A DNA stretch of 64,000 nt from Octopus vulgaris. Taxonomy: Eukaryota. Shown one piece after another: positions 1-11,978 of the stretch. The notes below the pieces were generated by a model that did no database searches, was not told the DNA's origin, and saw only the letters and a program-made list of their open reading frames with translations. The stretch spans positions 63,550,001 through 63,614,000 of the forward strand of contig OX597825.1 of the NCBI GenBank assembly GCA_951406725.2. Reading direction: 5' to 3'. How positions within the stretch are numbered: the stretch's first letter is position 1; each line of letters starts with the position of its first letter. The translations under genes were made by a program, and so were the position numbers.

Positions 1-180
1 CGATAGCACGCCGAATAAGACGCTTAGCGGCATTTCGTCCATCTTTACGTTCTAAGTTCAAATTCCACTTTCCTTCCTTTCGGAGTCGAAATAATGGATA
101 CCACTCGTGTGCCGGTTTCATTGCAATCACATTCGCCCTCCACTCAGACACTGCTGGCCTTGTGCTAAAATATCGAACCA
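1..180 (+). mobile_element. Degenerate tRNA-derived SINE (family A), cut by window edge
   Basis: gcttagcggcatttcgtc...ttacgttctaagttcaaattcc...tcctttcggagtcg matches, in reverse complement, the copies at 2985-3213, 11742-11978 and 15645-15878. Confidence 0.6.
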
Positions 181-605
181 TTGTTTCATAACTCTTACAT
201 CGTTGTCTTCCTCTTTATTGTAGTTTTTGATACTTATAATAGATTGAGCGCTGAAAAAAGCAAACAAAAAAAAACGCACACATATCCGGCAGGAACTGTT
301 CTGATTTTATGTAAGGCAGAGTGCAGCGTATCTACGTTATTCAAAGCATCCGCTCACATTCAAGAGCCGCTTTGCAATGGGGTATGATATGAGAGATAGG
401 TAGCGGTGCTATGTCGAGTAAATCGAGAAGTTACCAAGTTGTTTTCTCCGTTTCGAATTCTTAATATCGTGAACTCCGCAGAAATGTAATCTCTGTCCTT
501 GTTATTCTTTTAGTTGGTAGTTTTAATTTGGATGTTATTCTTAAAATCCTTTTATACCGGTCTTGCCAATTGATGTCTGTTATTAACCAAAACAGTTAAA
601 TAAAA

Positions 606-682
606 AAATAATAATAATAACAGCAACAATAATAATGATGATGATGTTGATGATGATGATAATAATAATAATGATGATGATG

Positions 683-713
<31 letters not shown>

Positions 714-763
714 TAATAAAAAACAACAACAACAATAACAACAACAACAACAACAACAACAAC

Positions 764-828
<65 letters not shown>

Positions 829-830
829 TA
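606..830. repeat. Compound (AAT)n/(GAT)n/(AAC)n microsatellite
   Basis: Directly visible trinucleotide runs; source of the spurious poly-L/I/N ORFs. Confidence 0.95.
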
Positions 831-1362
831 GTGGCTCTCATGGCTTCTGATCTTAACTGATTGGAAGTGTTATGTACATTGATTTGTCTTGGTATAAAAG
901 ATGGGCTACAGCAAATATTCTGCTCAATACCACAGATTTGCTTGTCAGTTGTTTGAACTTAACCAGTTGAGCATGTCCCTTAGTGGCTGACGATATGTGC
1001 ATCTCTGATCATGAGCAGAAGTAGTGGGGGAGCATCATAGCCATGTGTTGAGAGGGATTCTTTGCGGTTTGAATAATTCACCTCTGGAAACATGGGTGGT
1101 TCTTTCAACATCCTTAAACGACCCTTATTCAGGGACCTTTTGAGCGGGATGGGCTACTAAACCTGAAGAAAATTCTAACTGGGCCCCACCCCTGAAAGGT
1201 CATGAGCTGTTTATCTTGATATGAGATCATCATGTCACGCACATATGGTTGTGATGCATGTGCCTGGTGTACCCTTATCAGACGGGTAGTCATGATGGGT
1301 ATATTGGGCTTCGTATATTTTACCCAAGTGTCACTTTGATGGCATGAACTGCTCTCTCACTC
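831..1362 (+). mobile_element. ~530-bp non-coding insert between (AAT)n arrays; likely 3' UTR or non-autonomous derivative of a TAA-targeting non-LTR element
   Basis: GC-richer block with (AAT)n on both sides, ending ...ctctctcactc(aat)n; no ORF; same target context as the Dong-like fragment at 5870-6615. Confidence 0.45.
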
Positions 1363-1441
<79 letters not shown>

Positions 1442-1628
1442 GAAAGCAACATCCATTCATGAATTTATTTATTTGTTAATTTTTTTAAATACATATTTTA
1501 CCTATGAATTTGTGTGTGTAATCTGGGAATGCATACAATGAGCTTCTCTGCCCTAGGTGTACGGAAAATACTCGGCGAGAAATGGAAGAAAATTTGAAGA
1601 AGGAAAAAAACAATAATAATAATGATAG

Positions 1629-1665
<37 letters not shown>

Positions 1666-2210
1666 AATATAGATGATGATGATGATGATAATAATAATAG
1701 TAACAAAAACAACAACCTATGCTATAATGAAGGAAGCTGCTTATTAATTAGGTTTCTAACAATTACTAAAAATACTAACAGAGTTGGTCATCTGGAAATA
1801 CTTTCATAAATGCCTGTTCTAAGAAATTTCCTAAACTTTCGATTTCTAAAGTTTAATGAACTTTTTGAACTCCAATTTTTGAACACAAATTTAAATATTC
1901 ACTGCGTCCAGTTCATCTCAAATTATAAATATTCATTGCATTCACTGCGGAGTACTCCATTTCATTTGTAAAGTCTCTCATTTTCTCTTTTAAGTTTTAA
2001 TTCGCTATTAGTGTATACGTACTGTAGAAGCATAATATATATTGAATGATTCTATTTTTAAATACCCGTATAATTTTTGAACGCGGGATAGCTGTGAGAA
2101 GAGCCTAGAAAGTCGGGTAATTATTATTAGAAGACGAGGAGGAAAACAAAAAAGTTACCAAGTACTCGGAACATGAACCTTGTTCAGTTTCCAAACACAA
2201 CTTCAACAAT

Positions 2211-2250
<40 letters not shown>

Positions 2251-2809
2251 AATAAACACTCGCGCACACACATAGATACACATACACATAAATGAAAGGA
2301 AAAGTATGTGTGTGTATGCCTGTGCGTTTGTACGTACGTGCGTGCTTGCGCGTGTGTGTGTATGTGGTGTGTGTGTGATATGTGTATGTGCTGTTCAGTG
2401 ACTAAACTTTGTACCCACATCACTTTTGTGAAGTCTTGTCAGTGAACAAGTCGCGGTTTGAAAGTGACAAAAATATTTTGACACAAATGAAGTTTTAATG
2501 TTGAAGGGAAACCCACGCTATTTGTGTGTTATTGAATGGCTTAAAATATATTCCACACTGCAAATGTTTTTGTTTCAGAACACGATCTCAGGTCATGTCA
2601 CTTTCTATGCAAGTGCATATCCGTAATATATTTTTCAAATCAATGTGGGTAAATGTCAGCAATGACTTTTTCAGGCTCTCCAATATTTTAATTTCTAAAC
2701 AGAAACCAATCGGGGGCAGGGAGTGGGGTTGTAAAAAATTCATAATTTCTCAAATTTTCTTTTTTATATGATATAAATGTATTTATGGGGGGGATATTTA
2801 TTTTTTTAT

Positions 2810-2975
2810 TGCCCACAGGGGGCTAAACATAGTGGGGACAAACAACGACAGACAAAGGGATTAGGCCGATTACATCGATCCCACTACGCAACTGGTACTT
2901 AATTTATCAAACCCGAAAGGATGAAAGGCAAAGTCGTCGTCGGCGGAATTTGAAGTCAGATCGTAAGGACAGAAG
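2810..2975 (-). mobile_element. SINE family A, 5'-truncated copy in tandem with the next copy
   Basis: cccacagggggctaaacatagtggggacaaac...cccgaaaggatgaaaggcaaagtcg repeated immediately downstream. Confidence 0.8.
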
Positions 2976-2984
2976 AAATATCTA

Positions 2985-3213
2985 TTTATTTACTACCCAC
3001 ACGGGGCTAAACACAGAGAAGACAAACAAGGACAGACAAACGGATTAAGTCGATTATATCGACCCCAGTACGTAACTGGTACTTATTTAATCGACCCCGA
3101 AAGGATGAAAGGCAAAGTCGACTTCGGCGGAATTTGAACTCAGAACGTAACGTCAGACGAAATACCGCTCAGCACTTCTCCCGGCGTGCTAACGTTTCTG
3201 CCAGCTGGCCGCC
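2985..3213 (-). mobile_element. tRNA-derived SINE family A, full length
   Basis: Minus-strand head ggcggccagctggcagaaacgttagcac (A-box-like), gagttcaaattcc (B-box), core cctttcatcctttcggggtcga; many copies in the window. Confidence 0.85.
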
Positions 3214-3489
3214 TTACAGCATCAGTGATAATGATAATACAACTACGGAAGTAGTGGAAACAGCAGCAGCGGCAGGGTAGCTGTCAACAATAGTAGTATC
3301 AAAAGCGGGGGTAAAAGCAAATGCAACAACAACAAAAATAACGATCTGACAAGGTAAATGTTGAGGTCGAGAAAAAGGGCATTCAACCGTTTGCTGGGAT
3401 GACATTGAAATGAACTCAGTATTTTTTGCTCTCTCAACATCCCAATTATGCACAACTGACACGGGCGAAACAGATTGTAAACGTGAATA

Positions 3490-3854
3490 GTGTGGAGGCG
3501 CAATTGCCCAGTGGTTAGGGCAGCGGACTCGCGGTCATAGGATCGCGGTTTCGATTCCCAGACCGGGTTCCACACCTAAAGCTCCACGAGGCCCCGGCAG
3601 GGGATGGTGGTGATCCCTGCTGTACTCTTTCTTCACAACTTTCTCTCACTCTTACTTCCTGTTTCTGTTGTACCTGTATTTCAAAGGGCCGGCCTTGTCA
3701 CTCTCTGTGTCACGCTTAATATCCCCGAGAACTACGTTAAGTGTACACGTGTCTGTGGAGTGCTCAGCCACTTACACGTTAATTTCACGAGCAGGCTGTT
3801 CCGTTGATTCGGATCAACCGGAACCCTCGTCGTCGTAACCGACGGAGTGCTTCC
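3490..3854 (+). mobile_element. tRNA-derived SINE family B, with 11-bp TSD
   Basis: Head ggaggcgcaattgcccagtggttagggcagcggactcgcggtc...ggtttcgattccc (A/B boxes); TSD aaacgtgaata at 3479-3489 and 3855-3865; resembles octopus OR-type SINEs (unverified). Confidence 0.85.
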
Positions 3855-3869
3855 AAACGTGAATAAGAG

Positions 3870-5654
3870 AAAAGACACAGCTGCTGACGGCAGTGAGGAT
3901 TGACCAGTGACTGATTTTTCATCACAATGTACAAAGATAGTTTTATTACAGATTGGATGATAGACTTTCGATAAGCTTTGGGTGGAAGAAGCAAAACCTG
4001 GCAACATAGGTACAATTGATTTACTTCTCAAATTAGAAAGGATGCGTGCTTTCAGCGGCTTTTGAATATGACTTCAATTGGGACGGATGGTAGACCAGAG
4101 GTTGTTGTGAACTTTTCGCCTTCCTCGATTGGCTGACACAATTAGGGGCTGGAGTTCATGGAAGACTGATAGTAGCTGACGAAATAAGGGAATCGATGTT
4201 TCACTGCATGAGGGAGAAGTCGCTGAATGTAGGTGTTCTGTCTAACGAACTTTAGCTTCATATGCTGGACCTCTACGATGACCTCTTGGCAGATGTCTTC
4301 TGCAACAGATAATAAAACATAAAAACACATACACACAAAAGGACATATTATTATTATCATTATTATTATTGTTATCATTATCATTATCATCATCATCATC
4401 ATCATCACCATTATTATTATTATTATTATTATGGAGAAAATTGATCAGTTCTGCAAGTTTGGAATATCTTCAGTCATAGGTCCGGTGTGTACAGGATGAA
4501 GTGGCGAAACGACGTTTGCGATTCTTAGATATTATGTTGTTCTGCTTGTTTAGATTGCATATTCTCACTCAATTATATGTTTCAACTATATTATCCTTGC
4601 TCAGCTCTTATAACGTATTGCGAACAAATTCTAGTTGTGGCCAGAAGGTAGGTATTGTGATGAGTTTGAGAAATGATCCAAACAAGTGACAGTAGATTTT
4701 AAAATTTCAGATTCATAACTCTCTTAAACACAGAGTTCAAGGTTTGAGCCAAGAATTTTAGTGCTTGTCGTCGATGAGGCCCAGATATGCGCCACATCAA
4801 GTCCATGGATCGACGACAAGATCTGCATTTATCTAATACATCATGATAATTGTGAATGAAGTATTTGCCATATGCTTGACACTGGTCTGTTTAGATCAGC
4901 TGAACGTTTTAAACAGCTGGTTTCGGCCCCGTTCTCAGAGGTGGATTGCTGCAATATACCGCGAAATGTTTTAGTGGTTAGAATAAATGGCCACTGCTTG
5001 GATTCTTTGTGTATCATGTGATCAACTGATTAAAGATGTTCCTTCTATCAACTTACGTACTTACTGTTTCAGAAAATGAAGGCATCGAGGAACAACCAGC
5101 TAAAACTAGAATATGGAAGATTCATGTTTGCTTTTGCAGATGTACTCAATGTAATTGTGTCGGATATCCAACTCACTATGGTGGTCGGCACTACCATAAG
5201 ATGTTACGAGGTTGTGACCAGAGAAAAATATAACAAGGGGTTGATGGGTTTGCAGCTCCTCACATGGCAAGGTACTTCCTTGCTATTGGTCAGTGTTGTA
5301 GGACATTTGAAGGATGGACCGATTAAATTACTTAGGGCACGGTACAGCCAGGATATCCAGTTGGTCACGAAGTGGGAAGAAGTGTCTATTAGAGCGGGTA
5401 GTCTTCCCCACCCCGAAAAATCTGAAGGAAGAGCAGGAGAAGCGATTGTCTACATCAGTTCCAATGGCCTGCTTGTTGTGCCTTGTCTCGCTTCATGGCT
5501 GTCTAATTTAGAGCTCTTGTATTTTCCTTATGCTAAAGTGGACGCATCCCGCTGGCCTGACGGTCCATTTAACGTCGGTATCCACTGCCTAGAAGACTGG
5601 GTATGCCGTAGCCAACAATGCACTGCGATTATGGAATTTATAGTCTTTCCTTGA
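3870..5654 (+). pseudogene. Decayed L1/Tx1-clade LINE ORF2 (reverse transcriptase region), interrupted at ~4310-4644
   Basis: Manual translation gives ordered degenerate motifs: EIRESMFHCMREKS...LYDDLLADVFCN (~4180-4308), RFITLLNTEFKV*AK (RPITLLNTD-type, ~4710-4753), LVVDEAQIC, AGFGPV..GWIAAIY, VRINGH, FAFADVLNVIVS (YADD equivalent), YEVVT, GLQLLTWQG, DGPIKLL, WEEV; many stops and frameshifts. Confidence 0.75.
4326..4644 (+). repeat. Inverted duplicate of 8294-8626 inserted in the Tx1-like LINE
   Basis: 4434-4644 is the reverse complement of 8294-8504 with about 8 mismatches counted by eye; the adjacent compound ATT/ATC microsatellite is shared too. Confidence 0.9.
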
Positions 5655-5869
5655 GTGAGAACATGTGTGGTCGCCCTTTCTTACAGGTCATGTTTTCTTT
5701 ATTTAGGCTTTCAAATGAACTGCAGTCTTAGATCAAGCGTAGTACTATTTTCTGTATGTTATATATACTTGTTAGTCCTGGTGTTTGTGTTACGTATTTG
5801 TCTCAATGTTTTATTATTATCATCATCATCATCGTCATCATCATTATTATTATTATTATTATTATTATT

Positions 5870-6614
5870 CAGTAGTTTTATTTTTATTTTTATAGCGTGC
5901 TTTCACTTCACTACCGAGCGCAGCTCTTTGTGCCTTGGGTATGTGCTGTGATTTGTTGTGATGCTCTGATGGTTATTGTATGGAAAGTGTTCTGCGTAGG
6001 ATGTGTGCAGTGCCTAGTAGTGCAATTTTCTGTATGTTATATGTGTTTGTAAGTCCTGGTGTTTTTGTTATGTATTTGTCTGAATATTTTTTTATCATGC
6101 CTAATGCACCTACTATGATAGGAATTGTTTCTGCTTTCAGATTCCACATTCTAGTTACCTCTATTTCCAGGTCTTTGTATTTTGAGAGTTTCTCCATTTC
6201 TTTTAGAGACACGTTGTCATCTGCCGGTACTGATACATCAATTAGAAAGCATTTTTTTCTTCATGGTCTCTGACAACTATATCTGGTCTGTTGGCCTTAA
6301 TTTCTCTATCTGTGTGTATCGGCATATCCCAGAGTATGGTTGCTTTCTCGTTTTCTGTGACCTTTTCTGGTGTGTGCCTATACCATCTTTTTTCTGTTGT
6401 TATTCCATAATGTTGGCATAGCTTCCAATGTATGTAAGTTCCAACTCTGTCATGTCTGTGAATATATTCCTTCTTAGCCAGGACTGGGCAGCTAGAGATA
6501 ATATGATTTATTGTTTCTTGTCCATCTCCACATATTCTGCAGTTACTTGTAATATTTCTTTTCATTACATGTCTTTGGTAATTTCTGGTGGGGAGGCTTT
6601 GGTCTTGTGCTGCA

Positions 6615-6615
<1 letters not shown>
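5870..6615 (-). mobile_element. 5'-truncated R4/Dong-clade non-LTR retrotransposon (CCHC knuckle + REL endonuclease + 3' UTR)
   Basis: ORFs 6242-6565 and 5973-6212: CRICGDGQETINHIISSC (CCHC), RHD, NRPDIV, LIDVSVP, EKLSKYKDL, IVGALG; one frameshift in a poly-T near 6250; (TTA)n on both sides. Confidence 0.9.
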
Positions 6616-6695
<80 letters not shown>

Positions 6696-6882
6696 GATTA
6701 GATAACGATGGCACTCATCTTTTAACTTTGACTCTATATCTTCAGGAGGAGTTACCTCAATCCTTTCTATATTAACCAAACTGAAGTTGATTGAAAAATG
6801 TATCTTTTGAACCAGTTGAAGACAGACAAGATGTCAAAATATCGTTCACTAGATAACAATGGTACTCTTTCAATTTTGACTC

Positions 6883-6927
<45 letters not shown>

Positions 6928-6934
6928 TATGTGG

Positions 6935-7125
6935 TGAGCAGGTAAAATCATTAGCACAACGGATAAATTGCTTCGCACAATTTTCTTTGCTTCTACGTTC
7001 TCCACGTCCTGAGTTTAAATGTTGCTGTGGTGGACTTTGCTTTTGATTCCTTCATGATCAATAAAAAGGTACCAGATGGGCAGTCTCTTCTAAATTGCTG
7101 GCCTTTTACCAACAGTTGAAACCAT
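6935..7125 (+). mobile_element. Highly degenerate SINE family A copy
   Basis: ggtgagcaggtaaaatcattagcac...gagtttaaatgttgctgtggtggactttgcttttgattcc aligns loosely to family A. Confidence 0.5.
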
Positions 7126-7214
7126 TAATGTATTTTAAGTTTACCCCCTTTTATGATAACTATTTAAACGTTTACTTAGCATACATGACAAGTTAAACTC
7201 TCTGTTTGTATATG

Positions 7215-7293
<79 letters not shown>

Positions 7294-7353
7294 TACATAT
7301 ATACATATATATGTATGTAATTATATTTACATATATATGCACATATGTAAATA

Positions 7354-7393
<40 letters not shown>

Positions 7394-8293
7394 GTATATA
7401 TATATATATATAGACAGATATAGATATATATATAGATATATGTATATGTGTGTGTCTGTGATAGACCATATACACCAACGTGCAATATAACAAGATGGCC
7501 TACTTCTATTCAATGTTTGCGACGCTAGATGCCAAGGTTTGATTCGCTTCACTGACTGCGGTTCTCTTTCATCAAATTGGTTTGTTTAATGTCTCTTATT
7601 ATTTGCGTTGAAGTCTTAACCATTAATTCATTCCTAGACTCATGTTATAGTTGTAAAATATAATAGAATAATTGAATTTGCAAGATTATTTGTTTTGCTG
7701 TAATATTCAATAAGTAAAATGCTTTATCTGAACCGATAGAAGTTGTGTAAGCCAGTGAAAAAAATGTAGAACATAATATACTTTTAAAACAATAGACTAT
7801 AGTAATAAAAAACAATCTTTTTTTGTTTTCAGACTTTTACTATTATACTTTCATTTGTGTTTTTATTACATAGAAACAACTTTCGAGCTGTTGACTAGTT
7901 AGAGTGTAATATGTTTTCGAACAAAAATATTTAGATATCAACATGATAGATACAACGTGTAGATATTGAATATTCAAGTGATAGCGTGTAGGCGTAGTTA
8001 TATTAGACATACCACAGATAAGACTGAGAGATAAGGAAGTTCCTTTTCAATGACAAACTTCCGGGTTCGATTCACTGTGTAATGTCTTACATCATATCTA
8101 GCTTTCCTGCGTATTTTCCATCTGATGAACGGATTACCACGCTCGCTGAATTATCTTGACAAATATGTTTTAATCTAATCGGAACCTATGATTTACTACA
8201 AAATGAACATCTATTTTCCAGATTTGCCATTGGCTCAGTTGAGATGTTCTACTACCTCTTACAATGATGCAGTGCCATATAACTAAAAACTGG

Positions 8294-8505
8294 CTGGCCA
8301 CAACTAGAATTTGTTCGCAATACCGTATAAGAGCTGAGCAGGGATAATATAGTTGAAACATATAATTGAGTGAGAATATGCAATCTAAACAAGCAGAACA
8401 ACAGAATATATAAGAATCGCAAACGTCGTTTCGACACTTCATCCTGTACACACCGGACCTATGACTGAAGATATTCCAAACATGCAGAACTGATCAACTT
8501 TCTCG

Positions 8506-8544
<39 letters not shown>

Positions 8545-8626
8545 GTGATGATGATGATGATGATGATAATGATAATGATAACAATCATAATAATGATAAT
8601 AATAATATGTCCTTGTGTGTGTATGT
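8294..8626 (-). repeat. Second copy (inverted) of the 4326-4644 segment
   Basis: Reverse-complement identity; also seen as near-identical ORFs 4501..4689(+) and 8252..8437(-). Confidence 0.9.
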
Positions 8627-8632
8627 ATATGC

Positions 8633-8668
<36 letters not shown>

Positions 8669-10175
8669 CACACACACACATGTATATATATATATATGAT
8701 TATTATATACATTGCGGTAATATATCAATATATTATTTAACAATGATTTGAGGAAGAACAGGCTGCTATTTTTTACAGTTCAGGAACCACATGAAAGTTG
8801 TCTTCTCCTGTTGATTCAGAGCCAACCATTCAAGTATAGCACTTACTTTGTAAGATTATTTGAGTGTTACGGCAAAATTTAACGTTAGGTAATACTATCA
8901 ACAACAACAAAAAAGAAAAAGAAAAGAAATTAAAAAATGTGATTTAAATGTTTGAAGCAAGTATGTACCGTTTCGGCACGTTCTCTAACTGTAAAATAGA
9001 CCGTAGATGGTAATATATTGCTGGATAAAAACAAAACACAGACATTGAGAATTCAGCTCTTGAAAGTCAAATGAAATAATTGTCTGTAAAAGAGCCAATT
9101 TAAAATGAGGCAGCAGCTGAGAGAAACAAAATAATCGAGAAATAAATGTCCAAACAGAAACAACATAGAATATTAAATAGTAGATATTAAAAATGTTCCT
9201 ATTTTCCTCTATTTCTATATCTTTGTAGTTTCATCAATAAGTAATTTTTAATCATGAAGGTGATTTAATTACGTCTTTCAAATTGTAGAATTTTGGCAGT
9301 ATGCTGAAACACTTAAGATTGTATTTTACAGCTGGTTCTACAGAATTTTATGGTTTTAAAAGTGCTAAGCGAAGCAATATATATATATGAGTAGCAAGAA
9401 TAGCAATGAAAAACACTTAATGTTTCACTACACTGCATCGAGATTAAATATTCTACTTAAATAGCGCACATTATACCCCCCACAAACATAAATTCATATA
9501 CAATATATACATACATGTACACATACACAAATATATGTTTATCAGATAGGTGTATGCGCATATTGTACGTATCTATATGTATGTGTGTTTCTGTGTATGT
9601 ACATGTATGTGCATATTTTGCAATAAACACTTAGGTATGTGTACGTTATTAGAAAGCAAATTAGTACTTTTATAGTGAATTAAATGATAGAGTTTGATAA
9701 TGTGTAAATTGAAGAAAAACATAAGAAATATATTTAAAAAAAAGTATTATCAAAATCTTTTCAAATATCTTCGTGATTAATAAAACATAAGCACCGAATC
9801 TTTATCAAAGGAACTTTATAAAATACATATATAGCAATATGAAAGAGAGAAAAAAATGGCGATAATTTCTCTTGCCTTTAATGAAACATAATTACAGAGC
9901 TAATCTAGATATTCAGCTCGGCTTCATACCAGCATGCTGAGAAAAATTCAGTAAACGCTACCGTAATTGGAGTCATTCCCATATGCAAATTAATTACTTA
10001 TATTTGCCTACTATATGTCGATCAACCATATGGTGTATATTTTATCAGTGATACATTTTTTCACTCTTTCAACTTGCATGTAGTGTATGAGTATTTGTGT
10101 ATTTTTTTGTGGGGTTATGCTTGTTTGTTTTTCTCTCTGCATACATTTGTATGCATATATACACACACACAAACA

Positions 10176-10256
<81 letters not shown>

Positions 10257-10257
10257 G

Positions 10258-10290
<33 letters not shown>

Positions 10291-10570
10291 ATGTATATAT
10301 ATATATATATATATATATAAGTGGAAAAAAAGTTGAGGTAGAAAATGCTGAAATGATTTTATAAAAATACATCTCAGTACCGGTTTCAGTCATTGAGACT
10401 TTTTCAACTGTAAGTATGGAAAACAATTTAATTTTGGAAAAAATTAAAAGAAAAGTTTTGTAAAATAATATTCCAAGAGTGTTCAAATATAAGTAGCATT
10501 TTCCTTGTATCTGTCTCTCTTGTTTACTCTTGTGAGTTCGAGATCATTGGGAATTCTAGGTAGGGTAGAA

Positions 10571-10692
10571 GGAGAAGCAGAAGAAGAAGAAGAAGAAGAA
10601 GAAGAAGAAGAAGAAGAAGAAGGGGAGGAGGAGAAGGAGAAGAAGAAGACGAAGAAGAAGGCGAGGAGGAGGTGGAGAAGGAGAAGAAGAAG
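10571..10692. repeat. (GAA)n/(GAG)n purine microsatellite
   Basis: Direct inspection. Confidence 0.9.
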
Positions 10693-10740
10693 AATGCGGG
10701 AGTGCCATGATATATATATATATATATATATATTATGTAT

Positions 10741-11195
10741 GTATTAGCAAAATTTAGGTTAGTTAAAAATATGTTTGTGACATAATTCAACTGCTAAAAG
10801 GCAAATAAATTGCAGTTACCTGTTTCTAGTTTATTGACGTTTGTTAAATGGGATGTACATAAGAAAGACAACTCTGAACAAAAAACTTATAAGGCAATAG
10901 TTTTATGAAACTTCAGTCAACATTTTGACTGATTTGCAATAGTAGATCGCTCGATCGAGAAAAATACCGAAATGTTAATGCCATGCAATGTTTTTGACAT
11001 AAAGCAAAGATGAGGCTTGTTAAAATATGTTCGTAACAAATTCACCTGATAGATAATGACACTCAACAAACCAGGAGTTTTCACAACTTTTACCATAAGA
11101 GAGATATTTTCTTTATACTGACTGCAGTGTATTTGCCTTTTAGAAGTTGAAATATATCACAAACACATTTTAACTAACCTAAATTTTGCTTATGC
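10741..11195. mobile_element. MITE-like element with ~75-bp imperfect terminal inverted repeats
   Basis: agcaaaatttaggttagttaaaaatatgtttgtga...ttcaactgctaaaaggcaaata (left) vs tatttgccttttagaagttgaa...tcacaaacacattttaactaacctaaattttgct (right); no coding capacity, no clear TSD. Confidence 0.65.
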
Positions 11196-11741
11196 CTAAA
11201 CACTGCCTAGTGGTAACATTTCGTTATACAAGTGCGCGCGGACAGACACAGAGACACACACACACTCACACACACACACACACACATATACATATAAATA
11301 TATATATATATATATATACATATATAAATTTTACTTTTACAAAATGAAATATGAGAAATAATTCAGAGTGGATGGTGGCATATGTACAAAGACCAGGCTG
11401 CAATGAGAGAATCAAGAAATATCAATGACGTTTTGGCCCACACTGTTAGCTATGCACTTTTCTCAATATCCATTGTCCATTCAAACACCACATCAAATGG
11501 GGTAAAATCTTAACTTCTTCCATCAACAAGTGATAACTGTAGCTTAATATGGGCTCTCGTATATGCCCGCTATACCTATGGTGAAACATATTTGCGTTAT
11601 CTCTCAAATTCTTGAATCATTATATTATTACTTCTCAGTCTGCCATCTTCTAGGTGGGATATAAGAGATTAAGCTAACAATACGCTCCATCCTAATTCAG
11701 ATGGAATCGCTGATCACAGTCATTTTCGCGTTTAAGATACC

Positions 11742-11978
11742 AATTTCTTTATTACCCACGAGGGGCTAAACATAGAGGGGACAAACAAAGACAGACATAG
11801 GTATCAAGTCGATTATATCGACCCCAGTGCGTAACTGGTACTTAATTTATCGACCCCGAAAGGATGAAAGGTAAAGTCGACCTCGGCGGAATTTGAACTC
11901 ACAACGTAACGGCAGACAAAATACCGCTAAGCATTTCGCCCGGCGTGCTAACGCTTCTGCCAGCTCACCGCCTTCTTC
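11742..11978 (-). mobile_element. SINE family A, full length, 17-bp TSD
   Basis: TSD ttcgcgtttaagatacc at 11725-11741 and 11979-11995; intact head and core. Confidence 0.92.

Noticed and set aside
583-850. Poly-L/I/N ORFs, and all similar [12 protein letters not shown] and poly-M ORFs across the window
   Set aside because: Translations of di- and trinucleotide microsatellites; no coding signal
3493-3568. tRNA gene (also heads at 28048, 38391, 47370, 48370)
   Set aside because: tRNA-like A/B boxes continue into SINE bodies, some bounded by TSDs; no convincing complete cloverleaf
4755-4790. ILVLVVDEAQ as a helicase Walker B motif
   Set aside because: Lies in register within the decayed L1/Tx1 RT series (equivalent of LV..xQT.. 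after RPITLLN); no other helicase motifs nearby
8460-8500. CTGAAGA as a hammerhead core in the duplicated segment
   Set aside because: No GAAA and stem II in the right order on the same strand
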